A stretch of 63,799 nt of DNA, filler included, from Chiloscyllium plagiosum (lineage: Eukaryota): NCBI RefSeq assembly GCF_004010195.1. It is 3 parts of one record of this genome, joined end to end, with 100 filler letters (N's around TTAATTAATTAA, not from the genome) between each part and the next. Parts side by side here need not be neighbours in the genome. Positions count along the whole stretch, not along the records: positions 1 to 30,701 come from NC_057712.1; positions 30,802 to 55,366 come from NC_057712.1; 1 more part is not named here. One strand, given 5' to 3'. Both the position numbers and the translations under genes were made by a program. A model generated the notes under the pieces. It was not told the DNA's origin, made no database searches, and worked only from the letters and a program-made list of their open reading frames with translations. Shown here piece after piece: positions 24,445 through 37,839 of this stretch; within the stretch, counting starts at the first letter, position 1; the number at the start of each line of letters is the position of its first letter.

Positions 24445-24545
24445 TTGTTTTTCTGCAGTATTTCATAATCTTGTACTGGCAAACCAAATAAACGCTCTCC
24501 TGAAGAGTATGTCACAAACTTCCGCCATAACTCATCAAACCAACT
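24445..24545 (-). CDS. dnah8: Axonemal dynein heavy chain (DNAH8-like) coding exon
   Basis: Minus strand: gatttatttcAG | SWFDELWRKFVTYSSGERLFGLPVQDYEILQKN + AA | GTAAGC. 101 bp, in frame after the 63-bp exon. Matches recalled DNAH8 ASFDDLWRKFVTYSSGEQLFGLPVTDYEVLHKT. Confidence 0.95.
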
Positions 24546-24999
24546 CTGAAATAAATCACAGAAGACATGCAAAGTAATCATAATGTTCTATAATGTAGGT
24601 ATTATATAAAGATTCCTTCCAAATGTGTGCAATTTTTATAAACTGTATTTTCTTACCCACTAACCTAAATTGTTCAATAATTAGGCTTACAAACATCTTT
24701 GCACAGGGGATCAGTTGGTAATGATAGGCAATTAGTCAGTAATAGTCAGCTTGAAAATAAACTCATTCAAAAGGGAACTTTTATTCAGTCTTCCATATGA
24801 TTAACTGTCCACATATATCTAAATTAAGAGATTTACTCTTTTAAGAATTATTCATGCTGAACTATGGCTGACCATGAACTAAACCTTCTTTGACCCAATG
24901 ACTATGATGGAATCTGGGATTTCAGAGGTATTCAAGGTGTTGTTCTAAATTGAATGGATGAAAAATTTTGGGCAGCATCTCTATATTTCACTGATAATC

Positions 25000-25605
25000 C
25001 ATTGGCTGACTATATTTGTGGTAGAGAATCTTCAAATGCATACCTACATGGCGTTCAATAAGTTATCACATAAAACGTTATTACACAAGACATGAGACCT
25101 GATATTGGGATAATGTGCTGACATCAATTAAGGATTGTTCGACACACAGAGGACAGAGAATCAAATTAAATGGTCTATTTTCAGGTTGGAAAGACTTAAC
25201 TAGTGGATGTTACAAGGAGCAATGTAAGGACTTCAATTATTTACTGTCTATATGAATGGGTTGGAAGAAGGGGCAGAATGCAACATATCAAAATTTGCTG
25301 ATGATGCAAAAACAGGGGGGAGGGCATTCTGTGATGAGGACATAAGGAATCTGCAAGGAGATTATAGGTCAGCTGGACAAAATCTCAGTAGGTAGAGCCT
25401 ATTGTAAAAAGTACAAGGTTATGCACATTGGTTTAAATGGCATGGGACTCCAAAATGGCAGAGCACAGAGGGATTTTTGTGTTCTTGTGCATGAAACATA
25501 ATAGATTAGCATGCTGGTACAGCAAGTAATTAAGAAAGTTAATTGAATCTTGACCTTTATTGCAAGCGGACAGGAAATTAAAAATAGGGAAGTCTTGTCA
25601 TAACT
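25000..25605 (+). mobile_element. CR1 LINE fragment
   Basis: AAATTTGCTGATGATGCAAAA (KFADDAK) and neighbouring RT remnants. Confidence 0.7.
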
Positions 25606-26809
25606 GTCCAACATCCAGAGGTCCCCAGCATTACAGATATCAGTCTTCCACCAACTTGATTTGCACCACATGATATGAAGAAACAGTTCTAGGCACTGGC
25701 TAGTGCAAAGCCTTGGGCCCTGACAACTTTCCGGCAATAGCACTAATGGCTTGTGCTCCAGAACTGCTACTCTCCTAGCCAAGCTCTTCCAGTACAGCTA
25801 GAATACTGGCATCTACCAAACAATGTGGAAAATTCTCCAGGTATGTTCTGTACACATACGTAGGACAAATCCAACCCAACAATTACTCAGTCCACTCTTG
25901 ATCATCAGTAAATAAACGAATGATGTCATCAACAGTGCTATCAAGCACCACCTATTCAGTGATAACTTGCTTAGTGACTCCCAGTTTGGGTTCTGTCTGG
26001 GTGACTCAGCTCCTGACCTCAGTACAGTCTTGGTTCAAACATGGACAACAGAGCTGAATTCCAAAGGTGATATGAGAGTGACTTCCTTTTGACATCAAGG
26101 CTGCATTTGACTGGGTATGTCATCAAGGCACTCTAGCCAAACTGGAATCAATGGGCATCAGGGGACAAATACTCCGCTGGTTGAAATCATACCTTGCACA
26201 TGGGAAGATGGTTATTGTTGTTGGAGGTAAGTCATCTCAGCTCCAGGACATCTTTACAAGACTTTATCGGGATATAGTCCTCTGCCCAACCATCTTCAGG
26301 TACTTCATTAATAACCTTCCCTCCATCAAAAGGCCAGAATGGGTATGTTGGCTAAAGATTACACAATGTTCAGCACTATTCACAACTCCTCATGTACAGA
26401 AGCAATTCATGTCCAAATGCGACAATACCTGAACATTATCCATGCTTGGGCTGACAGGTTGCAAATAGCATTCATGCCACACAAATGCCAAGCATTAAAG
26501 TTCTCTAATAAGAGACAATCTAACCTCTGCCCTTTGTTATTCAATGAATGGCATTACCAATACTGAATCTCCATCTACTAACATTCTGTTGAACACCATT
26601 GGTGAGAACCTGATCTGACCTCACCACATAAAAAACAGTGGCTAGAAGAGCAGATCAGAGGCTAGCAATACCTCATCTAACTCAACTCCTGACTCCCCAA
26701 AGCCTGTCCACTATCCACAAGACACAAGTCAGGAGTGTGATGTAATACACCTCACTCCCTGGGTGGGAGCAAATCAAAAAGCTTCATAAAATCTCGACAG
26801 TGTGGAAGC

Positions 26810-27122
26810 AGGCTATTCACCGACCCTCCAAACAGCATCCTCCTCAAACCTATTCCCCCACACTATCCCTGTAACCCTACATTTCCCATGGCTACTCCAC
26901 CAAACCTACACATCCCTGCACACTATGGGCAATTTCAACATGGCCAATCCATCTAACCTGCACATCTTTGGACTGTCGGAGGAAACTGGACCACCCAGAG
27001 GAAACCCATGCAGACATGAAGGAGAATGTGCAAACTCCATGCAGTTGCCCGAGGGTGGAATTGAACCCGGGAACCCTGGCACTGTGAGACAGCAGTGCTA
27101 ACCACTGAGCCACCATGCCACC
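26810..27122 (-). mobile_element. tRNA-derived SINE, HE1/V-SINE type
   Basis: Reverse complement has GGCATGGTGGCTCAGTGGTTAGCACTGCTG and the V-domain. Confidence 0.85.
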
Positions 27123-27434
27123 CTAATCTTGATATCATCCAGGACAAAGCAGTGGTTTGATTGGCTCCACATTCACAAACATTCAGTCACTTCACCACCA
27201 ACTCTCAGTAGCAGCAGATTTTACCATTCATAACACACACTGCAGTAATTCACCAAGGATCCTTCAACAGGACCTTACAAACCCAAGGCATTTAACGTCT
27301 GGAAGGAGAAGGACAGCAGACACACAGGAACACCACCACTCGGAAATTCACCTCAAAACCATCCCCCATCCTAACTTCAAAATATATCACTATTCTTTCA
27401 TTGTCACTGGGTTAAAATCCTGGAATTGCCTCCC

Positions 27435-28056
27435 TGTCACAAAGCTGATCCCTTTTTCTAAAAGCTGTTCCTTTCCTCACAGATACTGTGTCCTTGATTT
27501 TTTTCAGAGGGGTCGTAAACAGGCTGGGTTCCAATTAGACTGGTTTGGTACAGAGATTAAAGGATATTGAGAGGCCTTTTTGTTTACACATAAATAGATG
27601 AGACTCCAAGCCAAAGTGGTCATATTTTAGAAGTGACCTGTTTAATGAAAGGGAAGTGGTCAGCTCTCCAGCTGAGCAGTTCAGTCGAGAACCAGTTGGG
27701 AGTTCAGCAGTGTACTGTGTTAACAGGCTCTCTCTCTCTTTCTGCCCTTCTAACTTCAGTCTGTAAGCATCTATTACATTTTTTACTGTGTTTTAAGGGT
27801 GCTTGCTTATTGGGACTGTTATGTATGTTCAGGACAGCACAATTAAGTCTAGTTTAGATAGACTGAGTTCTGTTGGGGTTCTTTATTCTGTTGTGTTTCA
27901 TTGTGTAATTTTGTGAATATATTTTTGTCTGTTTTAAAACCAGGTAGTTAACCTAGCTAGCTTGCTCTGGGTAATTTTCACTGTACCAAATTGAAAAGTT
28001 ATGGCCTGGGTTTCCTGCTCAAGAATGTTTTGAGTGGTCTGGCTTAATCCATAACA
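27435..28056. mobile_element. Solo LTR-like insertion (622 bp)
   Basis: TG...CA termini (TGTCAC...ATAACA) with exact 4-bp TSD TCCC at 27431-27434 and 28057-28060; splits a LINE 3' region. Confidence 0.78.
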
Positions 28057-28455
28057 TCCCAAACAGTATGGCATAAGGACATGGATGGCAACATTTCAAG
28101 ATGGTTGCTCACCACCACCTACTAAAGGATCATGAGGGACGATTTATAAATGGTGGCCCATTCATCAATGGTCAAGTTCCACGAGTCGATGAAAGAAAAT
28201 GTGAAAACTGACCTGAACTGAAATTAGCAAAGCACAACACAATTATAATCAAAACGTGTGGTGCTGGCAAAGCACTGCCAGTCAGGCAGTATCTGAGGAG
28301 CAGGAGAGTCAAAGTTTTGAGCATAAGGTCTTCATCATCAACAAAATTATATATTTACAAGAATTCATGAGAGAGCAATTGTAAAAAAATGATATATTTT
28401 TCTGTTGTTTTATTCCTCAATCATCAATTTACATAGTTATTCTCTTTGCTGTTAC

Positions 28456-28518
28456 CTGAAAGATCTGCAATCTGGTGCTGGCTTCTGCTGGTGCAATGCC
28501 TGGAACCATTGGGCCTTC
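28456..28518 (-). CDS. dnah8: Axonemal dynein heavy chain (DNAH8-like) coding exon
   Basis: Minus strand: tgttgttttAG | EGPMVPGIAPAEASTRLQIFQ | GTAACA. 63 bp, phase 0-0. Matches recalled DNAH8 EGPMVPNIPPQEASNRLQIFQ. Confidence 0.92.
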
Positions 28519-28694
28519 CTAAAACAACATAATGAAATATAATGTTCATAAAATTAATTTTATCTGAATAAGTGTGTTCTATATTCTCAACTAAATTCAA
28601 GCCAGCAATTAAAATTTCAGAAAGTGTTAGAAGTATCAACCCACAATAAATTCACGACTGAAATTCTTAGAGATAAACGCAAAGTGACACTACT

Positions 28695-29022
28695 TAGATT
28701 AGATTACTTTAGATTAGATTACTTTACAGTGTGGAAACAGGCCCTTCGGCCCAACAAGTCCACACCGACCCGCCGAAGCGCAACCCACCCATACCCCTAC
28801 ATTTACCCCTTATCTAACACTACGGACAATTTAGCATGGCCAATTCACCTGACCCTGCACATCTTTGGACTGTGGGAGGAAACCGGAGCACCCGGAGGAA
28901 ACCCACGCAGACACAGGGAGAATGTGCAAACTCCACACAGTCAGTCGCCTGAGGCGGGAATTGAACCCGGGTCTCTGGCGCTGTGAGGCAGCAGTGCTAA
29001 CCACTGTGCCACCGTGCCGCCC
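28695..29022 (-). mobile_element. tRNA-derived SINE, HE1/V-SINE type (young, CpG-rich copy)
   Basis: Reverse complement starts GGGCGGCACGGTGGCACAGTGGTTAGC, B box GGTTCAATTCC; tail repeats TAATCTAATCTAA. Confidence 0.9.
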
Positions 29023-29499
29023 ACTTACTGATCTAACACTGTGACATGGTGTAATTCATTTTTCTACTGCACTTCAAAAGGACTGGTATGAATACAAATT
29101 CTAACTTTATTTTATATCAAAATTAATGCTGGCATCACGAACACTCCACAAGTGTTATAGCTTGATCCATTTTACTCAAATGTATGTCAGCTTTCTAATG
29201 CAGGAATACTGCATTGTACCCATAAAACATGTAATAGTAATTGATCAACAGAAATATTCTGCTTGACAGAATAAACCCATCAAAAAAAAGCCAAATTCCA
29301 CTTCTGTGTAAAAAGCCCATTTGTCAGTTCTAGGGACTTTGGATGGAGCATGCACTGCAAATAATCCATGGATCAATACCATGTTACACAGTATATCACT
29401 GCAAAGCAACAATAAATGTGTCTTCCTTAATATAGACGTATATATGTGTGTAAATATAGATAATAAGTATTTTACTGATAAAAGACATTTTGCCAAAGC

Positions 29500-30701
29500 T
29501 AATTGTCTTGCATTCATCAGGACCAGGGTGAGAGCAGTAACAAATTAAAAATACTATACATGAATGCACGAAGCATTAGACATAAGATGGATGAGCTTGA
29601 GGCTCTTTTGGAAATTGGCAGATACGATATTGTGGGGATAACTGAGACGTGGCTTCAAGTGGACAGGGCCTGGGAAATGAATATTCAAGGCTACACGTGC
29701 TATCGTAAGGACAGACTGACGGGCAGAGGAGGTGGGGTGGTCTTGTTGGTAAGGCACGATATTCAGTCCCTTGCGCGAGGGGACCTAGAGTCAGGGGATG
29801 TAGAGTCAGTGTGGATAGAGCTTTGAAATACTAAGAGTAAAAAGACCCTCTTGGGAGTCATCTACAGGCCCCCAAACAGTAGTCTGGATATCGGATGTAA
29901 GTTAAATCAGGAGCTGAAATTGGCCTGTCGCAAAGATGTCACTACAGTTGTTATGGGGGATTTTAACATGCAGGTAGACTGGGAGAATCAGGATGGTATG
30001 GGGCCTCAAGAAAGAGACTTTGTGGAGTGCCTCAGAGATGGATTCTAAGAACAGCTGGTGCTGGAGCACCAGGGAGAAGGCAATTCTGGATCTGGTATTG
30101 TGTAACGGACCAGAATTGGTCAGAGACCTCGAAGTGAAGGAGCCATTGGGAAGTAGTGACCATAATACAATAAGCTTCAATCTGCAATTTGAGAGGGAGA
30201 GGGTACAGTCGGAAGTGACAGTACTTCTGTTGAATAAAGGGAACTATGGAGCTATGCGGGAGGAGCTGGCCAAAGTTCAATGGTGAAATACCTTAGCAGG
30301 GATGATCGTGGAGGAACAATGGCGGATATTTCTGTGTATAATGCAGAAGTTGCAGGATCAGTTCATTCCTAAAAGGAAGAAAGATCCCAGGAGGAGGCAT
30401 GGGCGGCCGTGGCTGACGAGGGAAGTTAAGAAACATATAAAGTTAAAAGAGAAAAAGTATAACATAGCTAAGATAACTGGGGAAACTGAGGACTGGGAAG
30501 CTTTTAAAGAACAACAGAGGATTACTAAGAAGGAAATACGCAGAGGAAAAATGAGGTACAAAGGTAAACTGGCCAAAAATATAAAGGAGGATAGTAAAAG
30601 CTTTTTTAGGTATGTGAAAGCAAAAAAATGGTTAGGACTAAAATTGGGCCCTTGAAGACAGAAACAGGGGAATATATTACGGGAAACAAAGAAATGGCAG
30701 A
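29500..30701 (+). mobile_element. CR1 LINE ORF2 5' part (APE endonuclease), disrupted, running into a gap
   Basis: LYMNARSIRHKMDEL..YDIVGITETW; GVIYRPP; VVMGDFN; ILDLVL..LGSSDHN; several stops and frameshifts. Confidence 0.92.
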
Positions 30702-30801
30702 NNNNNNNNNNNNNNNNNNNNNNNNNNNNNNNNNNNNNNNNNNNNTTAATTAATTAANNNNNNNNNNNNNNNNNNNNNNNNNNNNNNNNNNNNNNNNNNN
30801 N
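30702..30801. other. Artificial scaffold spacer N44-TTAATTAATTAA-N44
   Basis: Exactly 100 nt; the 12-mer at 30746-30757 gives stops in all six frames; an identical spacer is at 55367-55466. Confidence 0.95.
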
Positions 30802-31960
30802 CACACACACACACACATATATACATACACTCTATCACAAGCACTCACACATACTGTCTCTCCTATACGTGCTCACATACACGTTTGTAGGGTGAAAACG
30901 TTTTTGTAGAATTATATTTTATTTTGCTCAAAAACTGCATGAATCCATGTAAAACTCTGTAAATCCCACTTTAGAAATAGAACCAGTCTAATTCAACATT
31001 GGGACACAAACAGACCTCACAGCTTAATGCATTGCCTGAGCTGAGATGAGATGGCACCTATTGTTAGAAAAGTTAGACCTTTCTTGAGAATGTAATTTAA
31101 AAGTAGTCCTGGGATTTACATATCAGAGAACATGTTGCAGTTGTATTTCATGTTGCAGTTGTATAAGACTCTGGTGCGTCCGCATCTGGAGTATTGTGTG
31201 CAGTTTTGGTTGCCATACTATAGGAAGGATGTGGAGGCACTGGAACGGGTGCAGAGGAGGTTTACCAGGATGTTGCCTGGTATGGTAGGAAGATCGAATG
31301 CGGAGAGGCTGGGGCACTTGGGGCTGTTTTCATTGGAGAAAAGAGGGTTTGGGGGTGACTTGGTAGAGGTGTACAAGATGATTAGGGGTTTAGGTAGGGT
31401 TGACCGTGAGAACCTTTTTCCACGTATGGAGTCAGCTATTCGGGGGCATAGCTTTAAATTAAGGGGTGGTAGGTATAGGACAGATGTTAGGGGTAGGTTC
31501 TTTACTCAGCGAGTCGTGAGTTCATGGAATGCCCTGCCAATAGCAGTGGTGGACTCTCCCTCTTTATGGGCATTTAAGCGGGCATTGGATAGGCATATGG
31601 AGGATAGTGGGCTAGTGTAGGTTAGGTGGACTTGGATCGGCGCAACATCGAGCGCCAAAGGGCCTGTACTGTGCTGTATTCTTCTATGTTCTATGTGTGA
31701 GGTGCCATGTGTGAGGCTGTCTGTGTCCCATGTTCAGACTGATTCATTTCTGAGAAAGGGATTTACAGAACCTTTCATGGATTCTTGCAGTTTTTGAGCA
31801 AAATAAAATGTAATTCTGCAAGCACAAATCCACCCCATAAACTTGTATGTGTGTGTGTTTGTGAGGGGTATGAGTGTGTGTGAGAGAGTGTGAGTATGTG
31901 TATGTGTGTGAGTTTGAGCGCAAATGGGTACAAGTCTGTGAGAGAGTGAATGTGGTGGTA
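30802..31960. mobile_element. Second PLE-like family, (CA)-rich 3' pieces in opposite orientations around a CR1 3' end
   Basis: GAATTATATTTTATTTTGCTCAAAAACTGC at about 30909 versus GCAGTTTTTGAGCAAAATAAAATGTAATTC at about 31787; similar to 53380-53580. Confidence 0.55.
31131..31695 (+). mobile_element. CR1 LINE 3' end (open 162-aa remnant)
   Basis: LYKTLVRPHLEYCVQFW..LERVQRRFTRMLPG..FFTQRVVSSWNALP; tail TTCTATGTTCTATG. Confidence 0.92.
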
Positions 31961-32899
31961 TATGATCATCCAGAATTAAATTGAACCACAAAGTAGTTAT
32001 TTAGATTTATAGTATTAATTGTTAGCTTGTAGTATTTTTGTTATTATATTATTAATTGTGTTAAATAAATAAATATTCTTAATATTATAAATATACTAAA
32101 TCAATATTATCACTTATTACTATTAGGAGTCAACTCAGTGTAGTTGACACACTCCTAGAGTCAGGAGTGTGATGGAATACTCCCCATTTGCCTGGATGGG
32201 TGCAGCTGCGACAATACTCTAGAATCTTGACACCATCCAGGACAAAGCACCCCTCTTGATGGGCACCACCTCTACAAACATTCAATCATTCCACCACCAG
32301 CACTCATTAGCAGCAGTGTGTACTATCTGCAAGTGTACTGCAGAAATTTGCTAAAGGTCCTTGGACAGCACCTCCCAAACCCACGCCTACATCCATCTTG
32401 AAGGGCAAGGGCAGCAGGTACTTGGGAACACCACCACCTGCAAGTTCCCCTCCAAGCCACTCACCACGCCGACTTGGAAATTTTGACCCATTCCTTCACA
32501 ATCGTTGGGTCAAAATACTGGAAATTCCTTCCTACTGGCATTGTGGGTCAACTGACAGTGATTCAAAAAGGCAGCTCACCACCAACTTCTCAAGGGCAAA
32601 TAGGGATGGGCTCCCAATACTGGCCAGCCAGCAGTGCCGAAATCCCACAAATAAATTTTAAAAACTTGCAATTTCTTTGCTGGATTTAAGTGTTACAACA
32701 TATTGTGTAGCGGGCGCAACATAGGTGTTCCACATCATAGTCATCTCTCCAATGTAGAGGAAAACCACATTATAAGCAGTGAATACAGTAGACTGACAGT
32801 AGATTGAGTGGAGATTGTGGGGAGGTGTTGGGAGTGGAGTAGGAATGGTGTCCCAGAGGAACGTTATAAATTTGATACATTATGGGTTTAAAAGTAATA

Positions 32900-33480
32900 A
32901 AGTGGTGGTAGTTACACTGACTATATCAATGGCTGATAAATCACCAGGGTGAAATGAGATGCATCCAAGAATACTGAGAGAAATAATGGTTGAAACTGGG
33001 AAGCACTGGCCATAATTTTTCACAGGTGTCAGAGGACTGGGAAATTGCACATGTTACATCCCAAAACAAAAAGCACAGAAGACGATGCAACTATCCTAAC
33101 AATGACCAATCTGTCATTTTAACCTCATATGTTGGGACAGGTTAAAAATGATAATTTGGGAATAAACTAATAATCAATTGAGCAAATGCAGATTAAATAA
33201 GGAAAAGTGGCATGGATTTACTGAGGGCAAACTACATTTTATGAAATTGCTGAAACATTTTTGGTGAGGTAACAGAGAGGTAGACATGGGTAAAATTGTT
33301 GATGTAGTGTAGACAAACTTGCAAAGGTCATTCAATAAAGTGCCAGATAATATGTCTATGACCAAAGTTACAGTTGACAGAATTAAAAGTAGAAATTTGG
33401 GTATAAAATTGGCTAAATGAGAAGGAAAAAGACGTAATTAGCATTTATTTTGGACTGGAGGAAGGTTTACAATGGCAGGG
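32900..33480 (+). mobile_element. Degenerate CR1 RT fragment
   Basis: CATGGATTT..AAATTGCTGAAACATTTT..GATGTAGTGTAGAC..TTCAATAAAGTGCC remnants. Confidence 0.6.
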
Positions 33481-33907
33481 ATGAGTTTAAGATAAGAAGG
33501 CTTATAAATCGTGGACAAAGCCAACTAAATCTGAACATTTTTGATGACAAGGAATCATTTTATTAGAGCACTTTTCATTCATTGTGAAACGCAAATGCGT
33601 TTTTCAAATTGGTTGAATTGTTGTGCTTTAAATGGGTAGAAATATTAGCTTTTTTATTTACCTTATATTATTGTCAAGACCATGGGCCAATGCATTTGTA
33701 CAAAATCACAAAGTGACTTAAGCTACCTGTGCCACAAGCTTGCTATTTAGACAAAGGTAGATCAACAGGTAAACACATGGCTTGAGCGACAGAGTAGAAG
33801 GGATGGGTTTAGATTTTGGGGACATTGGGATCACTTTTGGGAAAAGAGAAATCTGTTTAGAAGAGGTGTACTTCACCTGGAAAGGGAACTAATCTCCTGG
33901 CTGAGAG

Positions 33908-34500
33908 ATCAGGGTGACAGGACGCCAACTTGTGGATCGTTTCAAAGAACATTTCTAGGACACCGGCACTAACCACTCCCACTGCCCCATGGCTTGAACA
34001 CTTCAATTTCCCCTCCTACTCCATCAAGGACATGCAGGTCCAGGACCTCCTCCATCGCCAAACCCAAACCACCTGACACCTGGAGGAAGAACACCTCATC
34101 TTCTGCCTTGGGATCTTGCAACCACATGGGATAAATGTGGATTTCACCAGGTTCCTCATTTCCACTCCCCCCACCTTATCCCAGTCCCAAGCTTTCAACT
34201 CAGCACTGCCCTCTTGACCTGTCCATCATCTTTCCTACCTATCTGTTCCACCCTCCTCTCCGAACTATCACTTTCTCCCCCACCTTCATCTACCTATCGC
34301 ATTCTCAGCTACCTTCCCCCCAGCCATACTCCCTTCCCATTTATCTCTCAAACCCCTAGCCCACAAGCCTCATTCCTGATAAAGGGCTTATGCCCGAAAC
34401 ATCGATTCTCCTGCTCCTCTGATACTGCCTGGCCTGCTGTGCTTTTCCAGCACCACGCTCTCGACTCTGATCTCCAGCATCTGCAGTCCTCACTTTCTCC
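33908..34500 (+). mobile_element. Penelope-like 3' fragment with pLTR
   Basis: GAGGAAGAACACCTCATCTTCTGCCTTGGG (EEEHLIFCLG); mutated hammerhead CTGATAAAGGGCTTATGCCCGAAACATC at about 34376-34403; terminus CTCACTTTCTCC. Confidence 0.82.
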
Positions 34501-34924
34501 TGAGAGAGCAAATAGTCTAGTTGGGGTTTGCTCTAAACGTGTATGGCAGGGAGGGATTTGACTAATGCATCTGGTTTTGGAAGTACCAATAAGGGCAAAG
34601 AGTTAAGGTGGGAAGGGGAAGATTGTAGTGAAGCAAGGCTGGAGTGTGGACAGTGAACAAAGCGATGATTGCCTTCCAATGGGCAAGAAAGAGACAACAA
34701 CATAGTTAAATTGTTTATATGTAAATGCAGTGAACAAAAATGGCAAACTGGAAACAGAAATTGCTGTACGGGAATATGGTATAGTAGTATTGAAAGAAAT
34801 GTGGTTCAAGCCAGAACAGGTGGAATAGTGGAATTTGGGAGCTCTCTGTCACTGACACTTTAACAGATTATGAAGCACGGCGAGCTTTTTCTGAGGGTTT
34901 GGTTTAATTAGCAGAAGGGTTCAC

Positions 34925-36900
34925 AGCCATGTCATAACAAAATAATCATAAATCCTGTCTCTCAGAATCCTCTCCAATAATTTGTCCAACACTGATGTAA
35001 GACTGACTGGTCTGTAATTCCCCAGATTATCCCTATTCCCTTTCTTGACAAGGCAATAACATTTGCCACCCTTCCAATCATATGGTACTACTCCAGTGGA
35101 CAATGAGGATGCAAAGATCATCGCCAAAGGTGCAGCAATTTCCTCCCTCACTTCCCGTAGGAACCTTGGGTATATCCCGTCTGGCCCAGGGGACTTATTT
35201 ATCCTTATGTTTTTCGAAATTTTCAGCACATCCTTCTTCTTAACATCAACCTGTTTGAGCATATCAACCGTTTCATGCTGTCCTCACAAACGACAGGGTT
35301 TCTCTCACTTGTGAAACAAAAGCAAAGTATTCATTAAGGACCTCTCCTACCTCCTCCAACTCCAGGTGCAAGTTCCCTCCACTATCCGTGATTGGCCCTA
35401 CCCTCACTTTGGCCATCATCTTGTCCCTCACCTAAATGTAGAATGCCTTGGGGTTTTCCTTAATCCTACCCGCCCAGGCTTTTTCACGCCCCCTTCTAGC
35501 TCTACTAAATCCATTCTTCTGTTCCTTCCTGGCGACCTTTTAAACCTCTAGAACATTGTCTTATCTTTCACCTCCTGAACCTTAAATAAGCTTCCTTCTT
35601 CCTCTTGACAAGATGTTCCACATCTCTTGTCATCCAAGGTTCCTTCACCCTACCACCTTTCCTTTTTTATGGAAATCTGCAGAACAAGTAGGGATATGAT
35701 AGTTGTTGATTTCAATTACCCTATGGTAGACTGGGAGAAAGGTAAAGTGTCGGGCACAGAACGGGAGAAATTCCTGCAACATATGCAGTAAAGCTTTCTG
35801 GAATACGACGGAGGGGGCTGTGCTCAATCTGATTGGAGGAAGTGAGGCAGGCCAACTGGAAAATATCAGAGTGGGAGAACATTTGGGAAATAACGATTAT
35901 AACATTTAAGGTTCAATTAAGTTAGAAAAGGATTTTTTTTTTAAATCAGTCAATGATTAAAATCCCAAACTAGAAAAGGGAAGATTTTAGTAGTCTGAAA
36001 GCTGAACTGCAACACATTGACTGGAAGTGCATTTTGGTGGATAGAAAGTGGATTAAAAAATGAGAGAATTTCAAAAGAGAGACAAATAAGGTGCAAGCTA
36101 AGTGTATACCTATGAGAGATAAATAAAGTATATCCAAAGCTAGAGTACTCTGGATGACTAAGGATATTGATGAGAAAATATGGGGGAAAAATGAGGCATT
36201 TCAGAAGTACTGGAATAATAGCAGCAATAGAAATCAGAAAGTGTATTTCAAATACAGAGGAGAGGCTAAGGCTGGAATAAGGCAGACTAAGAGGAAACAT
36301 GGTCAAATGTTCTTGAAACACATTATGAGCTAAAGCATAGTGAAGGATAGAGTGGGGCCAATAAGGAACAAGCATGGAATAAAGCAGTGATACAAAATTA
36401 ATATTTTGTTTCTGTCTTTACAAATCATAACATGTTGAGAAGAGTTAGTTGCAAATGTGGATGTTGAACAACTGAGCAGTATAGGTGACAGATAAAGAAG
36501 AAATGCTACAAAAGCTGGCAGCACTCCAGGTAGGGAAGTTGCAAGGCCCAGATAGAATGGATCCTAGATTGCTGGGAGAGGTACGGGTGCCAGTGACAGA
36601 AATTTTCCAGGCCTCTCTGAACATTGGATTGGTCCCAGGAGACTGGAGGATTGCACATATGACACTGTTATTTAAGAAAGAGGCAAAGGATAATCCAGAA
36701 AACTACAGATCTGTAAGCGTGACATCAAATGTGGGAAAACTGATGTATGAGGTAAATATATATTTAGAGAAAATAAGTAAAGATCAGACAGTGAAAAGGG
36801 CTTAGCCAAGGGCAGCCCATGTCTGAAGTTTAATCGACTTTTTGAAAAGGTGATGCAAACAGTGGATGAGGGTAGAGCTGGCATGTTGTATATTTGGACT
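34925..36900. mobile_element. CR1 LINE fragments (minus 34925-35660, plus 35680-36900)
   Basis: KSPGPDGIYPRFLRE..GNYRPVSLTS on minus; GDWRIAH..LFKK..PENYRSVSVTS on plus. Confidence 0.82.
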
Positions 36901-36914
36901 TGCTGAAAGCAATT

Positions 36915-37417
36915 GTGAAGGCAATGGTCGAGTGATATTATTAGAAGATCCAGAAACTCAGCTAACATTCTGGGCACTCAAATTGGAATTCCGCCATTGC
37001 AGATGTTGCAATTTGAACACAATACAAAATAATTGGGAATCTAGAATCTATTGAAGATGATGAAACGATTGTTAATTGTCAGAAAAACCCATCTGGCTCA
37101 CCGATGTCATTCAGGGAAGGAAATCTACAATCCTTACTGGGTCTGGCCTGCATGTGATTCCAGACTCACAGCAATGTGGTTGATTCTCAACTGTCCTCTG
37201 AAATGGCCTTGCAAGCAACTCAGTACATTCAATTGCTATGAAGTATTAAGAAAGAAATTAAACCAAGTGGACCAACCAGAATTGACCTAGGCATGAGAAA
37301 AGGCAACGGCAAAAACAGCCCTATTGACTCTGCAAAGTTCTCCTTATTAACTTTGTGGGCTAGTGTCAAAATTGGGAGAGCTCTCTCACAGACTAGTCAA
37401 TTAAAAATATGACATAG
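36915..37417 (+). mobile_element. Putative 5' end of the second LINE family or a related SINE
   Basis: AAAAACCCATCTGGCTCAC..GGAAGGAAATCTAC..GTCTGGCCTGCATGTGATTCCAGAC, recalled as a common cartilaginous-fish repeat; family not verifiable here. Confidence 0.4.
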
Positions 37418-37835
37418 TGTTATGAAGTTGAAGGTTTGTACTGCACCTTTAAGAGAGAGTGAATGCTATTCTGAACTGAGACATTACAAGCACTTGTGAA
37501 ATGACAAGATAGCAGTCTCAGAGTGTACTGAAAAATTGGAAATATGTAACATTTGGCTGTGAAATGGAACCTGAGTTGGTTGCTGTTTTGACAACAATTT
37601 GAATTTAATAATCAAATTAAATTATGGCTCAGGATACTAAAAGTCAATCGAGTTTGAATTTATTGTTGTGCCAACATTGAACCAATGAGACGATCTGATG
37701 TTGGGGATATAAAAATGTATGCATTTTGAAAATTGGAGGCAGAGCAACTGCCATCGAGAGAGACACAAGAAATTAGGAAACACACTCTATTAAAGGTACC
37801 TTTTCATATGAAACATCTTTACAGTAAGGAAAGAA
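37418..37835 (+). mobile_element. Truncated LTR-like element
   Basis: Begins TGTTATGAAG; shares blocks (TTGGTTGCTGTTTTGA, GAGCAACTGC, CTCTATTAAA..GGTACC) with 60554-61255 and the reverse complement of 56030-56741. Confidence 0.6.
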
Positions 37836-37839
37836 GATG

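Larger units (their letters stand above)
25610..28200 (+). mobile_element. Second LINE family (CR1/L2 group), RT to 3' end, interrupted by a SINE and an LTR
   Basis: GIRGQILRWLKSYLAHGKMVIVVGG..PTIFRYFINNLP; related 3' pieces at about 2540-2860, 32150-32660 and 45485-46630. Confidence 0.65.

Noticed and set aside
30746..30757. TTAATTAATTAA palindrome as a biological motif
   Set aside because: Centred in an exact 100-nt N spacer and repeated at 55411-55422; it is a six-frame-stop linker.
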